Positions 11,288 to 23,298 are shown, counted from the stretch's first letter. The stretch: 64,000 nucleotides of DNA from Epithemia pelagica (GCA_946965045.2 OX337230.1:2356001-2420000); one strand, 5' to 3'. Numbers and translations: made by a program. The notes: a model not told the origin generated them from the sequence alone.

Positions 11288-13171
11288 ATGCAAGGCAACA
11301 AGGAACATGTGTCCGAGTTAGCTTCATCCTTTCACCGATCAAGCTCTAGGTTCGATATATCAGCGAGCGAAGAGACTGAGCTAGCTGTTTTTGATGGTGG
11401 AGGTGTTTGGAACAACCTGCGACGACGCAAGGCGGGCAACCATTCCAAAGGAAGTCAAGACAATGAGGAGGATGAGAACAACAAAATATCCCGCGTCGCC
11501 TACGTAGATATGCCCTTGCAGTTTCGCATGGAAGAGCAGCAACTAGGATTTTCATCCAACTCGAGATTGGGTGTCAATTCGACCATGGTTCTATCACCTC
11601 AATGGACGGGAACGCTGGCCTCGTTTGCTGATATTCGTGGCGACAAGTCGGGGTATACTCAAGCCAAGGTGGAGTTGGACTACGAAATTCCTCCCTCCTC
11701 ATTGTCAAAAGTAGTGTCATGGTGTGAAAAGGCCAGTTTGAATGTTGGTGTACAAGCAAGAGGATGCCACCAAGTTCATGTAGAAGGAAAAGTGGCCCTC
11801 CATGCCGACCAGACAACGCCCTATTTCTTGAGAAAACGAATAGGTCCGACAGGTGATCTCAACCTGTCAGCACGTTATACACAATGGCTGAATCACCCAA
11901 TTGGAAATGCTACTGAACCGAGCATTGGTGAAACCACCCTTTCGGCAAGTCAAAAATATGGAATTTTCAAGGTTCAGTCGACTTACACCATACCCAACAA
12001 TTGGTGGTCGGCCGTACCAACACTAGACCTTTCCATATCTTCCCTTCCATCCTACCATCCGTGGATCATTAAAGCAGGATGGAGACTGAAGCAAAAAGAT
12101 GATAGCATTCTTCCTTATGGAAGCATTAGCCTCACGCCGAAACTCTCCGATATCTTGAGTCTTCATTTCAATGCCGCCTGGACCTGGTCACGTGGTCTGA
12201 CCACTACATGTATGTGGAAGCAAGATTTAAGTGGAAAGCCCTCTTCTGCTGCTTCGTTGGACCCATTGCCAGCGTCGAAACCATCACGAGAAAAGTCTTT
12301 ACAGTTGGGTGTCCAAACCAATTGGATGATTCAACGAACGGCCGCTCTATTCGTATGGACGGACAGCGATTTTCGACTTCGTATTCCTATCGGCATTGTT
12401 CCCTCCTCAAATACGTTGCTCGATAGCTGGTCATTTTCCCTTCAAACCATGTTTCTCACCATTTTGACAAGGGTAATTCAAGATGGCCTTGCCGACATGT
12501 TTCATTTGCGCATGGTCCAAATTCAAGCACAGGAAACGGAGCAACAACAATCTCTGTTGCGACGCCAAAAAGCACGGGAGGATGCTATTAAACAGCAACA
12601 TTTGATGAATCGGCAAGCACAAAACCGTATTGAAGAAGAAGGAGAAATTGGTCTTGTCATTCAAAAAGCGCTTTACGGAATCCACTTGCACGAAAATGAC
12701 GAGTCAATTCACCGGCCGGAGACCGAGGGTGAAAATCCCAATTCTAGTGGCGCCCTGGCACAATCTAGCACAGCTACGGAAATTGCTCAAACGCAAGATC
12801 ACTGTTTGGATGTCACGGTTCCTCTGCAATTTTGGGTACAACAAGGTCAATTGGATCTACCGGCCATGTCTAAGCGCAATTTACTGGGCTTCTGCGATCC
12901 TCGTCCACTGTCCTCCAATAAAAATCAACCACCAGAACTGGAAGGTTCAGGGGAGCGTTCCACACAGACTTGGACAACATGGTGGAAGGGCTTTGTAACG
13001 CACAAAAAGGATCATCCTTGCCGAGGAACGAACGAACAAAGTCATCACTTGCAGCTATTTGTTCGATACCGTTGTGGAGGGTTCTTGTATGAAATAACCA
13101 TTGAAGATGAAGAAGGAATGACCTTACCTCATCCCCATGCAGTGCAAGTCACAGAGACGGTGGCACAATAG
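11288..13171 (+). CDS. DNAJC11-like protein with the C-terminal DUF3395 domain; no J-domain visible
   Basis: Coiled coil, then GLVIQKALYG, LDVTVPLQFWV, SKRNLLGFCDP, LFVRY. First in-frame ATG at 11288. Confidence 0.75.
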   Translation: MQGNKEHVSELASSFHRSSSRFDISASEETELAVFDGGGVWNNLRRRKAGNHSKGSQDNEEDENNKISRVAYVDMPLQFRMEEQQLGFSSNSRLGVNSTMVLSPQWTGTLASFADIRGDKSGYTQAKVELDYEIPPSSLSKVVSWCEKASLNVGVQARGCHQVHVEGKVALHADQTTPYFLRKRIGPTGDLNLSARYTQWLNHPIGNATEPSIGETTLSASQKYGIFKVQSTYTIPNNWWSAVPTLDLSISSLPSYHPWIIKAGWRLKQKDDSILPYGSISLTPKLSDILSLHFNAAWTWSRGLTTTCMWKQDLSGKPSSAASLDPLPASKPSREKSLQLGVQTNWMIQRTAALFVWTDSDFRLRIPIGIVPSSNTLLDSWSFSLQTMFLTILTRVIQDGLADMFHLRMVQIQAQETEQQQSLLRRQKAREDAIKQQHLMNRQAQNRIEEEGEIGLVIQKALYGIHLHENDESIHRPETEGENPNSSGALAQSSTATEIAQTQDHCLDVTVPLQFWVQQGQLDLPAMSKRNLLGFCDPRPLSSNKNQPPELEGSGERSTQTWTTWWKGFVTHKKDHPCRGTNEQSHHLQLFVRYRCGGFLYEITIEDEEGMTLPHPHAVQVTETVAQ

Positions 13172-13229
13172 CGACTAGCTTTGAAGTTTTGCCACATGGG
13201 CAGGTGCTAGCTTACTAGACTCGGTATTT

Positions 13230-13662
13230 CTATCTCCGATAGCCTTGGCGTGGTGGTTGCATGGAACGGTTACCTCCCTGACTTCTCTGTCGGTATTGTT
13301 GCTGCTGCTGTTGTAGTCGTCCTCCTCCTCGTCGTCGATGGTTGTGCGAGGAGTTTTGCTGTGTAGACCATCCTTGACTCTTGTCACCGCGACGTCCCCA
13401 TGCGGATCTATCGTCTTTGTGTTGTTTCTTCGCTTGATCAAACAACGTATGTGGATCTACCGCTGTTGAGTCGTCGTCCGCTATCAAAAATCCATTGTCA
13501 TCGTCGTCGTTGTTGTTGATGGGTTGCGGAATTACCAACTCATGTCCCTTTTGTGATGTTATTTTAGTTCGTTTGTCGTCCCTGGTGAATGCCATGTCTT
13601 CCGCCAGTTCTTTCCGTTTTGACCCTTCGTTGGAATGTGTGGTAGTTTGCTTCCTTGTGTTT

Positions 13663-13694
<32 letters not shown>

Positions 13695-15122
13695 ACTGCT
13701 GCTGCTGCTGTCACTACTACTACTGTCCTCTTCGGCATCTATCTGAGGTTGAAGCTTTGTTTGTTGCTTCTGATGGGGGGTCTGTGGTTGTCCCAGTGAG
13801 GTACCATCCTCATCACTCGAAGAGCTGGAATCGTCGCTGGAGCTCGAGTCCATTTCTTCCGAGTCTCTTCTTGCATCAGCGGTGTTTGGCATCGCGTCTT
13901 TCCTCCTGTCATTGCTTTTGTCGCTTCCATTCTGATGTCGTCGACGACGGAGAGGATCAGCCTTGTCCTCATCGTCATGACTGCTATTGGTGCTGTCATC
14001 CTCATTAGAGCTGCCAATTCCCTCCAGTGCTGACCATGCTGCCGGTGGAGTCGTTTGGTCGTTTTCTTCATCGTTTTGTTCTTCTTGTTCTTGACGATCG
14101 AGTTCGGCATTGACCAAATCGGCCGCTTGCAACACTTGATCCAGGGCTGATTGGTTGCTTTTCATGGAAAACCGAGGATCGTCCGAGGGTGATGATGATG
14201 GTATATTGTCAGTGTCTACAGTGGAAGACGGATCATTGGTTGTTTGGACCGTATCCGTGCTGTTGGCATCTGTACCAAAGGTGGCGCGTTCCAAGCTGGT
14301 GGACCAATCGGATGGATAAAGGGGCAGCAAGTGCTCGTACACATAGGAAGGAATCCAAGCGGCTCGTTGTGGTGGCGTTTCCACACCAACCAAAGTGGGC
14401 AAAATGTGCTGTCGAACACTGACTAATTTGGCCAAGGCGCGGCCGCGACGGGGAGTTTGACGTTGCTTGTTGGAAACAAATAGGGGTTGATAGGTCAAGG
14501 AGGACAAGGGATAATACGCGACATACAACATGTCCAATCCCAGTCCATACAACATGGACGAATTCGCGTCTTTGTTATTGTTGCTGTTACCGATGGACTT
14601 TTCGCTATGCTTTGAATTGTTGAGATCTCCTGGTATTTTTGGTGATGATTCCTTCTTGCTGTTGTAATGTTGTTGCCATAGTCGTAGCAATCGTTGTCGA
14701 TCCAAAAATCGGCATTTGTGTGATTTTCGCGCATTGGTCCGTTCGACCTCTTTTGTTTGACGGATCTTTTGTTCCTTCTTCAGTTGTTCAATGGTGTCTT
14801 CCAGTTCTTGAATGCGCTTTGCGTTATGGTCGTTGCTGGTCGTCTTCCCATCGGTTGGCTCTTCACCTGGAGTAGAAGTGGGGTCTCGTTTGGATGGCGG
14901 CGAGGATGTGTTTTGAAGACTTTTGGTCTTGGCCAACAAACGTTCCAAGCCACGCAACTGATGTTTTAACGACGACGATTTGGATTTGCCCGTTCCTTTG
15001 GCAGTCTTGGGGTCCTCGTCGTTTTTCTTGTGTTTGGCAGATTTTCCTCGTCGCCATGGCTTGAATTTGGCGGCATAATGGCTGCTGCCCTTGGCAGAGG
15101 CGGTGGTAGGAGCATTTACCAT
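13230..15122 (-). CDS. EFG1: rRNA-processing protein Efg1 homolog with a long acidic low-complexity tail
   Basis: SLKHQLRGLERLL, ERTNARKSHKCRFLDRQRLLR, LDMLYVAYYP...YQPLF match the Efg1 pattern. Confidence 0.75.
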
Positions 15123-15333
15123 ACTCTTTCGTTATTATGGAAAAGAGAGCCGGGGGGAGAAAGCAAGAGAATGGACGAATACAGCGTCCTCACTTGTCGT
15201 CGTTTCTTTCTTCTCACAAATCGAATGGTCCAGTGGAGACGACCCACCCGCGACCACTTTTCGGCCCCCTTTTCAACGCGGGGGGACACAAAATTCAGTG
15301 CCCAACACATTTTTTTGTCTCTCGTCGACGACG

Positions 15334-16734
15334 ATGGCAAATCGGAATAGAAACGGAAAAATGATGACGGTAACGGTTCGTTTGGTGTTCCTGTTGGAGG
15401 CGGTCGCTTCTTTGGTTGGCAGGAGGACAATAATATGGTCATTTTGCTCAACCCCATTGGTGGTGGAAGCTTGGGTATTGTCGTCCAGAACCTTTTCACA
15501 TCGTACTTCGAATTGCATGCTCACGATGAGTCACTGCAGGATAAAAAGCCGTCCCACCACCATGTTATCGCTTGGACCATACGATCAAGGGAACGATAAT
15601 CTTTCCACAATCACGGCGACAAGAACCAACGAAATTCCATCAGGTTCGTTTTTGTCGTCGTCTTCTTCTCAACAAGTTCCACCACAAGCCTTGGCAGATT
15701 TATTCTCTCCACCAGATTCCTCCTCGCATTCGTCTGTCTCCCTGCCCTATCGATGTGACCTCACAAAAAACTTGACCTCAACGAAAACAAGTTCACACAA
15801 CCCAGCAATTTCCTCCTTTATGGAATTGCGTCTGTTGCAACTGTCAGATATCCCGCAAGTTGCAAATCTCTGTTACCAAGAATATGGCAAGTTTGGATCT
15901 GGCTCCACTGCAGCCAAGTCTTCCAGTACTGGTGGTAGTCTTTCGTCTCTTGGGAATGGGCAACCACCAAATCAACAGTCTCCTCTAAAACGGTTCCAAT
16001 CGCTGTGGAATGAAATGATGAATGTTTTGGAAGATGTTTGTTTGATACCCCTCTTGTACCTGGCATTGACAAGCAAATGGTTCTTATGCACCATGAGTAT
16101 GGCAACAAACAATCCTCCATTTCCCAAGGATCATGTTGTACTGGTTCTCGAGTTGGGGCATGAATCGACATTGGATTCAACGGATCAAGTCCAACACAAC
16201 AAAAACCGCGAGGACAACAAGAACCTCCCCAGTCTTGTGGGTGTCGTGGATTTGTCTCTTCACGAGGTACGACCGGATCGACGAACACCCTTTTTTCCGC
16301 AACTTTTTCTTTTTGGTTCGAATCCTCGTGAACCGTGGGTAACCAATGTCTTGATTGCTCCCACGCATCGTGGTCAGGGATGGTCCAAAGTCTTGTTGGG
16401 TGGATGCGAGTGGGTGGCGCGCAACTGGTTGTCCTCCTACCAAAATCATCATCAACAACAAACCATGGAGGGGAAAGCACCATCTGTTTCTTGGAGCATG
16501 CATTTGCATTGCGATGCTCATCCCAAAACGGGACGGATTGCCCAACAACTGTACCTGTCGTTGGGATATCAACCCACTAGCCCCACAGTATGGGTACCTC
16601 CAGGAGTGGACCATTCGGAAACTGCTACCATGTTTCATCCTCCGCAATTGTTTGAGACTAGTATCCATATCATTGACGACGTTCCTCTCTTGTACATGAG
16701 CAAACCCTTGGTCGAGGAGCGTGAGCACAACTGA
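15334..16734 (+). CDS. GNAT-family N-acetyltransferase, possibly plastid-targeted
   Basis: VGVVDLS, PWVTNVLIAPTHRGQGWSKVLL (acetyl-CoA motif A), LHCD...AQQLYLSLGY. Hydrophobic N-terminus with VEA-WV. Confidence 0.8.
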   Translation: MANRNRNGKMMTVTVRLVFLLEAVASLVGRRTIIWSFCSTPLVVEAWVLSSRTFSHRTSNCMLTMSHCRIKSRPTTMLSLGPYDQGNDNLSTITATRTNEIPSGSFLSSSSSQQVPPQALADLFSPPDSSSHSSVSLPYRCDLTKNLTSTKTSSHNPAISSFMELRLLQLSDIPQVANLCYQEYGKFGSGSTAAKSSSTGGSLSSLGNGQPPNQQSPLKRFQSLWNEMMNVLEDVCLIPLLYLALTSKWFLCTMSMATNNPPFPKDHVVLVLELGHESTLDSTDQVQHNKNREDNKNLPSLVGVVDLSLHEVRPDRRTPFFPQLFLFGSNPREPWVTNVLIAPTHRGQGWSKVLLGGCEWVARNWLSSYQNHHQQQTMEGKAPSVSWSMHLHCDAHPKTGRIAQQLYLSLGYQPTSPTVWVPPGVDHSETATMFHPPQLFETSIHIIDDVPLLYMSKPLVEEREHN

Positions 16735-17849
16735 CTGTTGTGAGTGATGCTGCTTATCTACACACCAAGACAAACTTGTGCATGTGGTTGGTCAATGAGG
16801 TCATGGCCATACCAAGAAAGACACCAAGAAAAGAAGAGTACAAAACTCTCATTCTTCGACGCTTTATCGCGTTTCTCCCAGCATGCGCTCGTTTGTGCCG
16901 TACTAACGGCAATTCACCAAAGTGTCCACTGCCGAGAGACAACCCTATTTCATCATGTAAGACCCGCCCTGTCCATGTCTCATGTGATATCACAGAACCA
17001 AGGATTGGATCAATCACCAGTTGAAGCGCAAAGCTTCAGTTTCTTTCTTTTTCTTGATGTCGTCAGGAGCTTGGCCGCATGTTGCGTCTCAGGTGCAAAA
17101 GAAGTCTTGGGTGGTACAGGTCTCTTGGGTGCTATGCACTCATCTTGGAGGACAAACTCGGGTGCGTTGCTCAAGCTTGTCCCCAAGCCGCAGACTACAG
17201 TGAAAAAGTATATAAGAACGAGGGGCAGAGGAGCAAATTGTTTGAGGACAGCCATTGCAAAAAGAGCGAACGATGCCTCTCATTTGACTTAAGACTATCT
17301 ACAAAATGTTGAAAGTAGCATTTTTATCAGCGCTCGCAACTACTTTTCGAATCACCAGCAACTGGTGAACGGATACAAATAGGACAAATGAATACATGAC
17401 CAATGACCAATCAGTGCAGCTGTATTTAGACAGAGTTCCGAATTCTGACGACAAGTGTATAACACCCACTGACCTGTGTCCACCATTCGTGATATATCTG
17501 TATGGTTCGTCACATTTCATGTAACGCGTTCCTATTTGCGTCGAGAGCCAAGAAACGCATCTTCGAACTGTGTGCATCGGAGCACCAACTATGTGTGCAT
17601 CATAAAAGATTGTGCACGACGGCTGCTAAGCGTACACATGTGACCTTATTTCCAATGGTCTTTTCATACATCCATCGATGAAGGCTTTATATGAGACCTT
17701 GACAGTGTTAATGACCAAGGAAGGCTTCAACCTCACAGGGTGATGCCCGTTCGTCGACGCTTGCCAAGGAAACAAGCTCTCAAGCCATGTGGTGTATCCA
17801 AAAATCCCACTCTAGGAAACCAGATTTTGCCATCCGATGTTTGAGTCTT

Positions 17850-19454
17850 TCATACTGAATCACTTTTGCTTCGTAACAGATGTCGCGTCTTGGCAAGAAT
17901 GCGCAAAACAGGATAGGCGCGTCGTTTCAGGTCTAGCTCATTGCTGGAATCAAACTCCACTAAACTCTTGTTTGTTGCTATTGTGGCATTTTTCTTCTTC
18001 TGAACGGCATCGTCAGTTTCGTCATCGTCATCTTCTTCCTCCTCATCATCATCATCTTCCGTGTCCTCTTCGTCTTGTTCCAAACTGCTTTCGCGTCGTC
18101 GCCGGGCAGCCTTTCGCAACGCTTTGCGCAAGGCCTTGCGCCGTTCCTTTTCCAATTTCTTTTCGAGCTTTCGTTCTTCCTTGTCCGCCTTTTCCTCTTG
18201 TTGCCGGGCCGCCTTGGCTTGTTTCAATTCCAATTTACGACGTTTGGCTTGGGCCTTTTCGGCAATCCTGCTCGCCTTTTTCGCATCTTTGCGATTGAGC
18301 AGAATTTCTCGAACATCGTCTTCCAATCGCTTGGAAATGAGCATTAAATCGTCCAAGTCCTCGTCGTCGTCCTCTTGCTGCTGCTGTTGTTGTTGTTTGT
18401 CCATGTCATTGGAGAGTGCCACAACCATTTTATTCGGATTGTTCTTGTGGTGGTGCATGTTGTCTTGTTGTTGTGTCCTGGTCTTTTTGAGCAACATTTT
18501 GTCAAAGGCTTGATTGGTGGCACAGCTACGTTCCAAGATGCGCACATAGATGCGATCCGCCAAGGCTCGTTCATTGACGCGGCAAGTCAAGCATCCCGTT
18601 TGAATTTCGCGGACACATTCTTCGGCGACAATTTCGGCCTCATACTTGTCCCACAATTGTTCCCAACTCAAGCCCTTGGTTTGAAAGGTCCCATGGCGGA
18701 CAAAGCTCCGGTACCCATCAAAGACTTGGGCGGCCCACCGGGCGGGCAAACTGCATCGTTCGCGGGCATATTCCTTGGCCGCCTTGCGGGCCTGATAGGC
18801 CAAGGGGGCCAATTCGTCGGGTCGCATGAGACCGGCTTCGTACAGACCCAACAAGGATCGGGGCAAGAGTGTATGGTACAATTGTCGCGTCGTTTCCGGA
18901 TCCAAATCGCCCCATACGGGCGACGGCGAACGACCAAAGGTCCGTCGTAAGGCTTGGACGGACCCATAGCGTTGTTCCCAGACAGCCCGTCGAGCTTCGT
19001 AATCTTGGCGCTGGAATTCGTAACGTTTGTTCTTGGTAGTCGTCGTCGGCGACGACGGCGGCAGACCCATGCTGGAATCATATTCCAGCCTTGTGGATCG
19101 GGCCGTCCTGTTTTGATTGAGAGCTAAATTGGAAGCATTGACGAGATTCTTGAAAGCCACGTTTGGAGCTTGCTGTTGTTGTTGTTGGGATGCCTCTCCA
19201 TTCTTGTTCGGTGTACAAGTCAGGGCTGATGAGGACCCAACAGACAGACAAGGTCTTTTGTGTTTCGGAGAATGGCTGTACTGTGGCGTGGAAACTCCTC
19301 CACCCTGCCCAATGTTGTTGTGGTTGTGGTTATGAGTCAAGAGTGGTGATACAGCTTGAAAGGCATTGGACGAAATGACACGGGAGGGAGCACCACAACT
19401 CCAAAGCAAAATCAAGGAATACCACAGCAGCATCCCCCTGCAAAAGAGTTTCAT
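17850..19454 (-). CDS. Conserved hypothetical protein with a probable bipartite plastid-targeting leader
   Basis: Long ORF. ATG 19454 gives a signal peptide and SNA-FQAVSP, a globular core (LYHTLLP...ARERCSLPARW...WEQLWDKYE...ILERSCATN) and a charged tail. Confidence 0.7.
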   Translation of the reverse strand: MKLFCRGMLLWYSLILLWSCGAPSRVISSNAFQAVSPLLTHNHNHNNIGQGGGVSTPQYSHSPKHKRPCLSVGSSSALTCTPNKNGEASQQQQQQAPNVAFKNLVNASNLALNQNRTARSTRLEYDSSMGLPPSSPTTTTKNKRYEFQRQDYEARRAVWEQRYGSVQALRRTFGRSPSPVWGDLDPETTRQLYHTLLPRSLLGLYEAGLMRPDELAPLAYQARKAAKEYARERCSLPARWAAQVFDGYRSFVRHGTFQTKGLSWEQLWDKYEAEIVAEECVREIQTGCLTCRVNERALADRIYVRILERSCATNQAFDKMLLKKTRTQQQDNMHHHKNNPNKMVVALSNDMDKQQQQQQQEDDDEDLDDLMLISKRLEDDVREILLNRKDAKKASRIAEKAQAKRRKLELKQAKAARQQEEKADKEERKLEKKLEKERRKALRKALRKAARRRRESSLEQDEEDTEDDDDEEEEDDDDETDDAVQKKKNATIATNKSLVEFDSSNELDLKRRAYPVLRILAKTRHLLRSKSDSV

Positions 19455-19851
19455 ATCGCTCTGTCTTTTTTGTGGTGAGACGACGTTTGCCAATGGTTTG
19501 TCTGGAACTGGAAGGGAAACTGGAAAGGCTCTGATGTTGTGTGTGTTGGGGATGAGATCAGTTGTCTGTGTTGGGCCACGTCGTTCGGCCGTGTTCACAG
19601 CCGTCGTGCGCGGTGACCATTTTGTCAACGAGTCGCACCCGTAATCATGTGCGGCATTTGCGTTTTGTGTGGGACAGTCGCATTGCGACTGATGGCATGC
19701 ATGCGCGCAGAGGGGCGCGCATTCTACTTGCCCTGCGTCGGGAAATGTGACGAAAAATGAATTTTATACTTTTTTACAAAACAGAAAAAAGACATACTAA
19801 AAAAAGATACAAGATACCAAAGAACAGCGAACGGAACCACCTCTTCCCACC

Positions 19852-21315
19852 ATGGCGACCATACTCCGATGTCCATTCCGAATAGTTCATCATCATGACA
19901 CGAGCCAGTACTGGAAGAACCATGTCGTCATTCCGGTCACACGTGGAGGCGCCAGCAGCAGCAGGACGTCTGTTGGTAGAGTATTCTTTTCCTCCGAGCC
20001 TCATCGTCGCCGTCCCCAACCACCGCACGACGACGACAACGACAATGAGTCGATCTATGATGGGAATGGCGCCGCCCGGGGCGAATGGAAATTTGGTCGA
20101 TCCGAAGAACTGTTGCAAAAGCAAAAGGAACGATACAAGATTCGCAAACGATTAGATGTGGCCATTGTAGGCCTTCCCAATGCCGGAAAGAGTCAAGTCT
20201 TGAATATCTTGACCGACGCCACAGTATCGGCCGTCTCCCGAAAACGTCATACGACACGACAAGGCTTTTTGGGGGCCCGGACCATTGTTCAAGATATCAA
20301 GAGCAAGCTCAAGACTGGAAACGACGAGCAACAAGGCACGCAGCTGGTCTTTGTCGATACACCTGGATTTCTCAAACTGGACGAAACGCCCAACGAGGGT
20401 GATAATTGGATCTACACGGCGCAGGAAGCCATGAAGCAGGTAGATTATACACTCTTGGTGGTGGATGCGGCTCGATCCATGACGTCCTCGGAGTATATGG
20501 AAACCTTGGCCGCCCTCATGATGCAAGCCTTTCGATCGGAAGGACGACACGAATGGTCCGAAAGTGACAATGAAATGGTCTCCATTCCTCCCAATCCGGC
20601 CTTTCCTTCCAAACTCGGTCTGGTCTTGAACAAGGTGGATTTGGTGGAACCAAAATCACAATTGCTCGAAAAGGCGCATAAACTCAATACCATGGCGGAA
20701 CATTGTCTGGAACATGTACTGACGCAAGAGTATGGTATCACGGTGGAACCCAAATCTACAACCGAAGAAAATACCCAAACGACCAGCCCACCAGCAGACG
20801 CATCGTCGTCGTCACAAGATCCCTCCGATGCTCCTCCTCCAATGAGTCGAGGCGATTTGGAAGATCTCATGCCCATGTGCTTTTACACCGATGCCAAAAA
20901 GAAGGAAGGTACCGACGATATTCTCAAGGTGCTGTTGCTCATGGCCACCACTACCGAGAATGAATGGCCGGTACAAGAACACAAGTCATCCAACATGACA
21001 CACCTCGAACAAGTGGAGGAAATTATTCGAGAAAAAATTTATCGATGTTTGCATCGCGAACTCCCGTATGCCGTGGAACAAAGCAATCAAGTCTTTCGCT
21101 TGGTGGATCGCCACAGCAACAACAACAACAAGATGTGCCTGATTCATCAAGACTTGATTGTCCATACCAAAAGTCATGCCCAATTGGTCCGAGGAACGGC
21201 GGGTCGGACCTTGGCCAGGATTCATGAAACGGCCCAAAAAGACTTGGAAAAACTCTTTGAGTGTCCGGTCAATCTTCATTTAAATGTCAAACTGGACCTG
21301 GCCCGCAATCGCTAA
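19852..21315 (+). CDS. era: Era-family GTPase (organellar ribosome assembly)
   Basis: G1 GLPNAGKS, G2 HTTR, G3 DTPG, G4 NKVD. C-terminal KH domain (EEIIREKIY...ELPYAVEQ...VNLHLNVK). Confidence 0.92.
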   Translation: MATILRCPFRIVHHHDTSQYWKNHVVIPVTRGGASSSRTSVGRVFFSSEPHRRRPQPPHDDDNDNESIYDGNGAARGEWKFGRSEELLQKQKERYKIRKRLDVAIVGLPNAGKSQVLNILTDATVSAVSRKRHTTRQGFLGARTIVQDIKSKLKTGNDEQQGTQLVFVDTPGFLKLDETPNEGDNWIYTAQEAMKQVDYTLLVVDAARSMTSSEYMETLAALMMQAFRSEGRHEWSESDNEMVSIPPNPAFPSKLGLVLNKVDLVEPKSQLLEKAHKLNTMAEHCLEHVLTQEYGITVEPKSTTEENTQTTSPPADASSSSQDPSDAPPPMSRGDLEDLMPMCFYTDAKKKEGTDDILKVLLLMATTTENEWPVQEHKSSNMTHLEQVEEIIREKIYRCLHRELPYAVEQSNQVFRLVDRHSNNNNKMCLIHQDLIVHTKSHAQLVRGTAGRTLARIHETAQKDLEKLFECPVNLHLNVKLDLARNR

Positions 21316-21681
21316 AGCCTGGAGCGACACAGAACCGCGTGTGTGGGACAGTGTGTCGGACTGTCGTCGACAGGCACGACGAACAACAAGAGGTAGAATC
21401 ATAGACAAGACCCTCCTCGGTTCGGTGGTGGCGGAACGGGCTTCTTTCCGACATGATTAGGAATCCTGGAAGCATCCTGAGACAGACCTTATCCTCGTTT
21501 CAGTCTATACGATTGCAAGTTGTCGTTTTGCTGTCATGCGGTGGAGGACAAGACCTGTTCTATAGACTAGGTAGGTGTGTCTCACGGCATTTACAACGTC
21601 TATTGGGTGTCGACTGTCGACTGTCGACTGTATGTTCATCCACTAGTTGTCGGGTACATCCCTATTGGAAAATCGTTGTTA

Positions 21682-23298
21682 TTAGTCGACACTTTGATAA
21701 CCTCGGCGTCTCCCATCTTGATTTCCCACAACAAAACCCATTCCACACGCCACCACAAAGGTCAACAGAACAACTGCCCAGCTGCTTCCATATTGATTCA
21801 AGGACAGCTCCATCATCTCACTGTCGTCGTCTTGCTCGACATGAGGCATTTTTCCATATGCAGTCGTCATAACCTTGATGGGTTCAAAGAATTGATTTGC
21901 CGCATGAGAAGATTCCACGCGTCGTAGAAAATCGGCCATATCCCGGTTGGTCTCTTGGGGATTTTCCAACTGATTGTTGTGAGAACAATCGGGGTACAGA
22001 ATTCGTTCCGACAAGGCCCAAACATGGTGCATTGCCTGGACCGTTGCCGGACTCACAATATCGTGTCCTCCCGACAAGAGGAAAATGGGCAGATTCCCAA
22101 GTTCCGGTAACCGATCCAAAACGGACCAGCCCTTGAGCGTTCCAGTACCGGGCATGAAATCCATGGGCCCCCACATACCCATGGAAATGTCTTCGTTCGT
22201 CGTAGCCAAGGTTTCCAAGTCACAATCGGGGAAAATACCATTGCGATAATAAAACTTGCCATACACACTGAGAACCATTTCTTGGACTTCGTCAGGGTTG
22301 GATCCTTCAAGATCATCCATGATCGCCTTAAACCGGCTCTTGATAAAAGTGGGAAGACCTCCCAAGCTACCAGTTTCTGAATTCCACATTTCCTCAAGGT
22401 GGTGATCCGAGCTGGGAATGGGACTCGAAAGAACGACCGAGGCCAACTTGCTTTCATGTTCCTTCCCAATCACGTAGTCCAAAACATATTGGAGCGTGAG
22501 TTACGTTCCCCACGAATGAGCGACAATGTGGTACTCGTCTAGTTCCAAAGCTTGAATGAGCATGAAAAGTTCTTGGGCAAAGTAGTTAATGTCCAGCAAA
22601 AAGTCATAATCTGGATCCGAGGCAGAGGCATTGTTGGGAATAGATGATGCTCCTGAGCCACCTTGATCATAAAGAATGATGCGACGACCTGGATCCAGAC
22701 ATGCCAAGGCTTGGCGAGGAAGGTCTAGGTTGTGAGGCATACCTGGCCCGCCACTGACATGGACAATCGGTAGAGGAGGAGCGAACGACGAGTTATTTTT
22801 TTTGATTGGCCTTGAAAAGATCCAATATGCAACTTGCAAACCATTATCCGAGGCAGAGGCATTGTTGGGAATAGATGATGCTCCTGAGCCACCTTGATCA
22901 TAAAGAATGATGCGACGACCTGGATCCAGACATGCCAAGGCTTGGCGAGGAAGGTCTAGGTTGTGAGGCATACCTGGCCCGCCACTGACATGGACAATCG
23001 GTAGAGGAGGAGCGAACGACGAGTTATTTTTTTTGATTGGCCTTGAAAAGATCCAATATGCAACTTGCAAACCATTCCATGTTTCAAAGAAACCACGCTC
23101 CTCGATCAAATCGTCACATAAATCCGGTGTCATGTCCTTGCATGACCAAACGTAAGACAGAGTCTCGGGTTCATCCTCCAAACTGTCATTGGTGGCCATG
23201 TTCTCATCATTATTTGAAGCAGCAAGCGCTACTACAACCAGAGCTCCAAATATAAGGAGTGTAATTCTCCATGACATTAGAAGCATCTTCGAACGCAT
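21682..23298 (-). pseudogene. Proline iminopeptidase-like (S33) alpha/beta hydrolase with signal peptide and C-terminal TM; internal 77-aa duplication and an in-frame TAA
   Basis: SGGPG, ILYDQGGSGAS, AHSWGT*LTLQY (TAA at 22503-22501, frame continues), LSGGHD, CSHNNQLENP, terminal hydrophobic helix. Confidence 0.8.
22615..23076. repeat. Perfect 2 x 231-bp tandem duplication inside the peptidase gene
   Basis: 22615-22845 matches 22846-23076. The 77-aa segment NGLQVAYW...NNASASD appears twice. Confidence 0.95.

Noticed and set aside
22460-22503. Intron removing the peptidase stop codon
   Set aside because: The nearest GT...AG candidate is only 43 nt and would shift the frame; the sequence after TAA already reads as the expected helix.
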